Source of the DNA: Octopus sinensis
Taxonomy: Eukaryota
Length of the DNA: 64,000 nucleotides
NCBI RefSeq assembly: GCF_006345805.1
Contig: NW_021833742.1
Coordinates: forward strand, 1-64,000
Direction: 5' to 3'
The notes beneath the pieces are model-generated. The model did not search any database and was not told the origin of the DNA. It was given only the letters and a program-made list of their open reading frames with translations. The position numbers and the translations under genes were made by a program. The stretch's first letter is position 1. Each line of letters begins with the position of its first letter. Below are positions 55,937 through 64,000 of the stretch, piece by piece.

Positions 55937-56938
55937 ATGAAAAAAACCGACTTTCCAAAATCGAAAATAAAAGATTATTATGAAATGAATTGTAACGAAA
56001 ATATAATTCCCTATATGCGAAAACAACCCTATGATCTCTCAAGGGAGCATTATTTTATTCCTGATCTTCATGTTAAATATGATTATGACCATATGCACTC
56101 CTATCAACCTTACATATCTTCATGTTCATTTGTCGATAATACTTTCCAACAAAATCCATACCAGTATATTGAACCACCAGGTTGTCCAAGTTTAACCCAA
56201 ACATATTTAAACACAAATTATGATGAAAATATAAATTATCAAAATTGTACAAATCCTTTGTTTTCAAATCAAATTATGGTGAATTCAACTCATTATGTTT
56301 GTAAATGGCTAATTGAAAATGATATAAATATTTATTCCAAAATTATTTGTGAAAAAATGTTTATATCACTTAATGATTTTGTTCATCATATTACCGCTGA
56401 TCATGTAGGTAATTCAGATAGAAAAGAACATTGTTGTATGTGGCTTGATTGTACACGAACATGCAAACCATTTAAAGCAAAATACAAGCTTGTTAACCAC
56501 ATACGAGTTCATACTGGCGAAAAACCATTTTGTTGTAACTGCTGTGGAAAGTTTTTTGCTCGGTCTGAAAATTTAAAAATCCATCAGCGAACTCATACTG
56601 GTGAGCTGTTTTTCAATATCAATTTAGGAGAAAAGCCTTTTATTTGTACATTTGATGGGTGTGGTCGACGTTTTGCCAACAGTTCGGACAGAAAAAAACA
56701 TTCCCATGTTCATATAACAAACAGACCATATTTCTGCAAGTATAAAAGATGCAAGAAAAGTTATACTCACCCATGTTCTCTTCGAAAGCATTTGCGTATG
56801 CACGAAGAAACTGAAATAACCGAATATCCCACAAACAAGATAAACATGAATATAAAAGATACAAATTTAAATTTTTATGATTTAAATTCTAACGGATCAC
56901 AAAATGAATCGGAAAATTCTTGTTTAACAATTAATTAA
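55937..56938 (+). CDS. Zic: Zic/odd-paired family C2H2 zinc-finger transcription factor; one 27-nt intron (56601-56627)
   Basis: [78 protein letters not shown]; GT-AG intron in the HTG/EKPF linker between ZF3 and ZF4. Confidence 0.97.
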   Translation: MKKTDFPKSKIKDYYEMNCNENIIPYMRKQPYDLSREHYFIPDLHVKYDYDHMHSYQPYISSCSFVDNTFQQNPYQYIEPPGCPSLTQTYLNTNYDENINYQNCTNPLFSNQIMVNSTHYVCKWLIENDINIYSKIICEKMFISLNDFVHHITADHVGNSDRKEHCCMWLDCTRTCKPFKAKYKLVNHIRVHTGEKPFCCNCCGKFFARSENLKIHQRTHTGELFFNINLGEKPFICTFDGCGRRFANSSDRKKHSHVHITNRPYFCKYKRCKKSYTHPCSLRKHLRMHEETEITEYPTNKINMNIKDTNLNFYDLNSNGSQNESENSCLTIN

Positions 56939-57339
56939 GCAAGTCTAACATAATGATTGAAATTTTTGAATATAAATGTCAGACATTTTTTTATTTTAAT
57001 TATTGAATTAATAACTATAAAATGAACAGAAGTAACAAAATCCGTATATAAGCTTCACTATTTTAAGATATATTAAAAAACATTTAGATTCTGTATTGTT
57101 TACATGTAAAATAACATTTTTATGAGAAAGCCTGTATACTTTCCTTTAAAAATAAATTCCATAATTCTCCTATTTTTAAACATTAATTTAAATAATATGA
57201 TTTTGGAAAGCGCCCTGGTAGAGCGTTGCGAGCGATCCATCAATGTCAATGACTGTCAAAAATAAAAATAATCTATTATATCAAAGTTAACTAAGGTCAA
57301 TTATTGACAATTAACAAATGATAATTAACTATTATTTAG

Positions 57340-58050
57340 AGTCGTCTTAAATTTTTTTAGTCGCCTTGAATGAACCTTCTTAATAACCCCAGCACTATTT
57401 TCGGCTTTGACAAAATTGTTAGACAATTTCTCGACAATAGTTACTAGATCCCCATACGGATGCTGAAATTTTTTTAAACGAAGAGAAGAATTCTTCCCAT
57501 AATCTTTTTATACGAACCTTCAAGTAATTAAAAATAAAATACAATATCTCCAACATCTAACTCATATTTTGATCGATGGACTCGCATCTTCCTATTCATT
57601 CTTCTATAATATGAAAACTGCAAATTCACTCTTTCAAAATTAAACAGGTACTCACCATCTTTACTAATAAATAACAATAAAAAACCTTTATTATAAATGT
57701 CGGGGTTTTCTAAAACTTCAATTTCTTGTATATCAGAACTTTTTGGATTTTTCTCAACATCTGATTCAACAACAGTGTAAAATGGAATAATCCCTAGAAA
57801 ATAAAAAAATGCAATTTACAGATGGATAAATAAGCTCCCTGATTCTACAAAAATACAGCCTTTCAAATGTGTTCAATCCATTCTTTTTATCATTCGAGGC
57901 CATATAAATTAAAATGTGAAGATTTTTGAATTCTATCCCGTTATCAGACTGTAAATATCTACAAGGGCAATGAAAATGTTATTTGATTTTTCAGCCTCTT
58001 TTTTGCAATTTTCCGCATCTCCTGTGTGTTGGTTGAGGCAATAACAAGCC
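57340..58050 (-). pseudogene. Decayed Ginger-like integrase element with mini-introns
   Basis: LQSDNGIEFKN near 57930-57960; C-terminal RRMNRKMRVHRSKYELDVGDI/VRIKR resembles the tail of the 6729-7331 protein; GT-AG mini-introns present. Confidence 0.55.
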
Positions 58051-58729
58051 TGTGATTAGATAATAAATGTTAATGATGAAGCTATCCGTCTATTAAAACG
58101 AATTTTTTAGTCTTCTTTTTTAGTTTATACTTCCAAGAAGCTGATATATTCAGTTTTTGTCCTTTGAAGATAGATTTTATTATGTTGTACTCTTAAGTAT
58201 TTTTATGATGATTGCTAGGCATAGGATAAATATTGCTTCGAAAGCATGAAAGAATTCGTTGATATTTTTCTGAAGACATAAATCTCCACATGTTGACATT
58301 TGAATATGATTTGAAAATGAGGTCATTTTTAGATTCATAATTTTTATCTCAATTTTTCTTGAATCACCAGCTTTCAAAAACAAAATTTTTAAATTTCTCC
58401 ATCAGGTTTTTTGTGCTTTACTAGGGCACGTGTCAGTCTCAATGATACAATTGTTGCGGATCTGGACGAATTAATAAAGTCTTTTAAAATTTTATGTTGT
58501 GAAAAAAATCTTTTTAATTATTCAACTTTCTCTTTTCGTAATTTGGAATTTAAGGGAAAGTCTTAGTTGAACTCGGGATTTAGTGAATTAAAATGCCGAA
58601 AAAGATTTCCTCTTTAAGGAAATGAAATGATTTTATTGCATATCATACATGTGTATCGTATAGTCTTCTTCCCATTTGGCATTAAATTTATATCGTTTTG
58701 TTGCGCCTCAAAAATATAATTAGCAATTT

Positions 58730-58825
58730 ATACATCAAAGGCGATCGACCAAGAAATGCGCCTCGATCGAAACGCAAAATAAATAAAAAATTATTCAAAG
58801 GCAATCGACTGGTTGGCCACCCCTG
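58730..58825. mobile_element. Solo hAT terminus
   Basis: GGCGATCGAC repeats ending GGTTGGCCACCCCTG, followed by GCCTAAGC; no partner TIR found. Confidence 0.6.
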
Positions 58826-59109
58826 GCCTAAGCTTTCGCTTGTGTCAACAACACAATTTTTTGAGAGCAAGAAAGAACAAATAGGTTAGTTATTCTAACT
58901 CATTTCGAATTGTGGCATGAATGAGTCTCTCTTATCTTTTAAGTTTTCTTTTTACTGGCGTTCAAAACTAGGAAGCGCATTACGGGCCGTAGATCCGGGC
59001 GATACATTGTCAACGATTTCAATCATTTAAACAAATAATTATATATTCGTGTTTTTCATTCGATAAAGATTACAAATATATTTTTTTAATTTACAAATTC
59101 AAAATTAGG

Positions 59110-59290
59110 AAAACCACGAAGATCAAATTTATGGCAGAACCAGAAATACGATTAACCTCACTGAGACTGGATTACTACCAGAGTAACGTGAAACAGGGCG
59201 GAGTGGGGGAAATGCATAAATAGGATCTGTTAGCAAGTGAACTTGGAATTATTTATAAATAAAATTTTGAGATAATCCATGCGGTACTTT
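59110..59290 (+). pseudogene. Decayed R4-like RLE fragment
   Basis: INLTETG..HK*DLLASELG, homologous to IEVG..KYDLLANEL. Confidence 0.6.
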
Positions 59291-59596
59291 TCTCCTTTCT
59301 TGATAGGTCTAAAAAAAGGTTGTGCAGAAAGTCGACAGACAAATCGTTAAAATTTAATAATATATATTCGTATTAAAAAACTAGTTAACTAGCATTCGGA
59401 TTCTTCAAAAGTTTATTTATTTTAAAACTTTTTAATTTTTTATTAAATTTTGTTTGATTATGAATAAACAGTAATTAATAAGTATTACTCAATAAATTAT
59501 TAGCTAAGATCCAGTTTAAATTTTGTTAATTTTTAATAAATTAAATATTCAATTAATTCAAATTTTTTAGAAGTGTAATCCTGCTAATTTTATCAC

Positions 59597-61406
59597 ATGA
59601 CCAGTCCAACAAATAATAATCAGCATAGAGTACAATAATCTTCTAAACCTATAGATGCCTTCTAATTCTCGTTTTCATCCATATAACAATTTTCCATTGG
59701 GTGAATCGTATTGCGATGAAGATGACGTAAATCAGACATTTCCTACTCTTGTAAACTATTATTTTATTATTCACAAAGACTTTGGCCAATATGAAATACT
59801 CTAATTTCAAAATTTCTGACCATTCGACAGATCATAAGCGTAGTATTGAAGAAGCGGTAAATTATAGATTTATTTATTTCCTAGACTAAATGGCTTATCG
59901 ATAATTTTGAATATTCTGAGGGATTTTCCATAGCTCGTAGAACAATTTACCTTATGTATCAGAACGAATGCAAGATGCAGAAGAGGGAAAGTGCATTGGA
60001 TCAAGCAACTTTGGGAAAGATTTTGCGAAAAATTTTCTTTCCTAGTTCGATAAGGAAAATAGGCACGCAGTTACTTTTTTATGATTACTCACTAGGAAAA
60101 ATTCTAGATACCATTACTACGGAATTCGCCAAAAAATTGCTTCTGAAACAGTCGATATTAAAGAAATCGAGTTTTTATTTTTACCTAATTTCTAGATCAC
60201 CAGATCACAAAACTACTTTTGATTTTTCCAATTCTACGCAATTTCGTCAATTTCCTAATATACCAATCACGGTTCCATCATATTGCTCCCAGGATGCATT
60301 TCTTTTTGTAGAATTATATAAAAATAACTTAGCCGTTGTTTTGTTGTTTATTTGTATTTTAGAAATCCTATGAGTATTTTATTAATCGGCAGTTTCAAGC
60401 AGTCTTTGACACTTGGCGAGTTTTTTGGTTTGGAGAATTCTCGTTTGAAAATAAAAAGTTCGTTTCATTTATAATAAATAGATTGGGAAAAGTTGAGTTG
60501 AATTGTCTAATTAAACAGAACTCTATTCTTTCTTTTTTATTCCAAACTGATTGTATATTCTTTCAACATTTGCTTGATATGTGTGTTCCCGACGACTTTA
60601 CATCGGGCAACAATTTATTAATATTTTTAGTAGTGCCTGTTGATGAATTTGACAGTTTTATCATAAATGTCGAGGAAAAAAGCAAATCTATTGTAGAATG
60701 TCGGTCTAATTCCATTCTTACAGCCATTAAAGTAAAATGAAACTGTTTATTTACTAAATTAGTCTGGCGTTGCCTCCACTTTTGTACATTTTTATAAAAT
60801 TCGTTTATCGTTGCAAATTTTATCCAAAAACTTGAGTCAAATTAGAGAGAACGACAAAGGAAACGAAAGTATGATGAGAGAGATTACTAAGATAGACTTT
60901 TCCAATATTCGAGTAAATATTAACTTCGATTTTTAGAGTCAAATGAAATGGACGTGTAACTGCGAGGAAGATATGATTATCGCAATTGAATCCTCTTTTA
61001 TTACAGGAGTCAAGCATTTTCTAAATTTGAATGAGTGGAAAAATTGGGTTCTGGAAGTCATTGATAATTCTACTCACTGGTCTGAACCCATTGAAACCAA
61101 TTATCGTTCTTTGGTTTCGTATTGGTCAACATTCTTGTAAATTTATAGTTTAATCTGTATAGGAATCTGGTGATTCGAGAACTTTTTTTTATTCGCTCAT
61201 CTATTTTATGGAACTTTCATCTTTTTCAATATATGTGTCAAAATTATATGCACTACGTTTGCAGAACAAGGATTGGATATAATCTAAAAACAGCAGCTGC
61301 TGAAATGATTTCTAAGACTGTTAATCTTTCCAAACTAAGAGATATTGTGGAAAGTTATTCTGTCGAAAATAATCAGGGTTTATTGTATGATATTCCTTTT
61401 TCATAA
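59597..61406 (+). CDS. RFX: RFX-family winged-helix transcription factor (multi-exon, divergent)
   Basis: Spliced DBD TKWLIDNFEYSEGFSIARRTIYLMY..C..DQATLGKILRKIF..RKIGTQKNSRYHYYGIR; dimerisation-like IRELFFIRSSILWNFHLF..YMHY near the C-terminus; 25-28-nt introns in the 5' half. Confidence 0.88.
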
Positions 61407-62489
61407 ATAAAGTAGCTTCAATAAAAACTTTTCTTTATATGAGAATAATTTAAATGTAATCCGGTATGAAAAACTGTTCAATAAAATAGCTCATTTTGTG
61501 TAAATAAGTGTTTAAATTATACTCCTATTATCAACATTCAAAAATTTTCCCACACCGCAGGCTTTTCCGAAAACACATTGTTAGAATTTTTTAGGTTATA
61601 TAGTCAAACTTCTATTGCTCACCACATTTTTTAAAATAATTAAAAACTTCTAAAGAAACATCTATTGCTCGCCAAATTCTAAATTCGCCACTATTTTTTC
61701 TAAATTCGATGGTTTTTTGTCGGCAGTAGTGGAGTGCTGGTGTGTTTTTGATGTTCCTGTCGGGTTGTTGCTGTCGTGAGATTGTGACTTAAGTTGTTTT
61801 TGATCATATTTGCGGATGCGAAGAATTGGGTTAACAAACATATGACAATGGAATATATAGCCTCTGTTTTTACTTCAATCTTAAAAAAACATTTCACAAA
61901 GATCAATCAATTATCTCAGGCTATAGAAAGAAAAAATACTTGATAAGAGTCGGAAAACCTGTTTTAAGTTATCCAGAAGATGTCCAAGAAAACGATTTAT
62001 ATATTTTCACAGTCCGAATAAAATTTTGATTTACTTGGTAAACAAATGCTGATTTTTCAATCAGTTTATTGGCAAATACTCTTTTATATAATAAACTTAT
62101 TTTGGTATCAGAAAAAATTATTATTTATCTCCACATTTGTCCAGTAGAAGCCAGCAGTAGAAGAATGTATCATTTCCAGTTTATAAGAAAAACTCAAAGG
62201 TGTTTGTGTGAAATTAAATGCGTAATACTCTTTGAAAAACAATTTTCACAAAAAGCAACTTTGTTTGCTCTTATGATTTAAGTGAATTGTGCACATTTTA
62301 GAAATAAAGCAGAACATTATCACCATAAAAGAATTTTTCAAAACACTCAGTAAAAATTTCTAGGTCGGTCACGTACTACGGTGCCTGAAGTCCTAAACGA
62401 TAACCTAAAGCAAGTGGAAAGAATATTAAAAGACGGAGAAGACCTCTGGATCCTGGTATCGTTATTCCTATATAATTATTATATCAGCT

Positions 62490-62710
62490 TAATAAATATT
62501 AAACCATAATAATTTGACGACATTAACTCAGTTTGGTAAAACAGTCGACTGTCTGTTTGCGGTGGTCGGGTATTCTACGATTAATAAAAACAAAACTCAG
62601 CTACAATCCAGGATTTCTTGTCTCCAAATATGAAACTGTAAACGGGGAAAACATGAAATTAATTCACTCAATAACAATTAGAGAAAACATTTTCTTAACC
62701 GAATCAATTT
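62490..62710 (+). pseudogene. Decayed fragment of the R4-like A family
   Basis: KQSTVCLRWSGILRLIK..FLVSKY matches KQSTTCLRRSGILRVIK..FLVSKY in element A. Confidence 0.75.
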
Positions 62711-62769
62711 TTTAATAAATTTCTTTTGATCAAATAAGAAAATAACAAAAATCAAAAAAAGAAAAACTA

Positions 62770-64000
62770 GTCAGAACCATATGCGCTGATCAACTATCAT
62801 CAGATCATACACCAATCCTAATACAAACTCATGCCCTAATCAACATTCCGAACAATAAAACTTTCATACACTACAACAGAGTCAAATGGAGTCTCTATAA
62901 AAATGAAACCGAAAAACTTTTCTCGGAAATTACCTGGGAGAAATGCCTGTCAAATATATATAAATCCAACAAGCTTTTCACCGATATTATCTCGAAAGCA
63001 GCGAAAAGACACATCCCCATGGGGAACATAAGGAAATACAGCCCGAACTACACCAAAGAAATAGCAGATTTAATGAAAACCTGTGACAACTTTAAACACA
63101 ATACGTCTCGGTCAGGAATCACGGATATTGCCAACCGACCAAGGGAACTAAGCAAGAAGATATCTAACAAACTTAAGGAAAGGAAAAAAGAAAACTGGCG
63201 TCAGTTCGCCAATACCTTCAACTACAAAACAAAAACACTCTTCAAAACAATAAACAGCATCGTTAACTCCAACAACGGAGAAACTCATGAATCTATAAAA
63301 TGGTCTACCACTGAAAAAGAACTTTCCAATCTGTTGATGAAACATTTCAAGAACATCAGCCACCGCACACGAGACTCACTCACACAAACCACGATTACAG
63401 AAATACCATCCTGACTACAATTCCAATCCATTCACCCAAGATAAAGTAAAAAACGTAATTGCCAACCTCAAACAATCCCATGCAACTGGACCCGACAACA
63501 TTAGCAGTTTCCACCTCAAAGGTCTCGGTGATCATGGATTAAAATACTAAATGAATCTTTTAACAATAACACCATCCCACAAATATGGAAAATTGGGAAA
63601 ATTGTCACGAAATTAAAACCACATAAACCAGCTCCTGACCTATTATCATACAGACCAATCAAACTTCTGTGCACCTCTTCAAAAATAATGAAACGTCCAA
63701 TTTTAAACAGAATATCTCATAAACTTTCAATTAGCAAAACACAACATGGTTTCAGACAATATCATTCAACGACAACTCTACTCACAAATATGACAAAAAC
63801 AATATCAAACGGATTCCACAAAAAAACTTTCTTCTATGGACAATATTAATCACTCTGGATCTGAGCAAAGTTTTTGACTCCATTCCGCGACTTCCACTAA
63901 TAAACAAAATCATCAACACAAATATCGATAATAACTCAAAACGATAGATCCAATTACCTCAGTGGGAGACAAGGTTATGTCCAACTCAACAAAAAACGCT
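62770..64000 (+). pseudogene. LINE (APE endonuclease end plus RT; Jockey/I-like), decayed, runs off the window
   Basis: LSSDHTPILI, ATGPDNI, IPQIWK..KPHK..SYRPIKLL, QHGFR, LDLSKVFDSI; stops and frameshifts. Confidence 0.85.

Noticed and set aside
61680-62300. Possible decayed pogo/Tigger remnant
   Set aside because: Only weak motif hints and no paired TIR or TSD.

Overview
AT-rich eukaryotic (animal) genomic DNA, not prokaryotic. Host genes are split by ultra-short (about 21-35 nt) GT-AG introns: CHD1 chromatin remodeller (-), a divergent integrin beta (+), ATG16L-like (-) and RFX (+); Zic (+) has one such intron. There is also an initiator tRNA-Met (-) and one unidentified Asn-rich gene. 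Tiny introns, strongly diverged metazoan genes and the bilaterian-type Zic intron point to a dicyemid-like reduced parasite (inference). Well over half of the window is transposable elements, often nested: R4/Dong-like and CRE-like restriction-like-endonuclease (RLE) retrotransposons, RTE- and Jockey/I-like LINE relics, IS630/Tc1, pogo, Merlin, two hAT groups and Ginger-like integrase elements. The best candidate for an undescribed system is that several unrelated DNA-transposon families carry host-style mini-introns, at positions conserved between diverged copies. One is an IS630/Tc1 element with Foldback-like 42-bp tandem-repeat ends whose DD34E transposase is intact only after splicing. Also notable: a retro-insertion with a poly(A) tail at both ends, a hAT with a duplicated terminus, and an integrin beta lacking its metal-binding and NPxY motifs. 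Single-base indels in homopolymers, even in CHD1, suggest assembly errors, so some 'broken' elements may be intact. All calls come from reading the sequence by eye; no searches were run.
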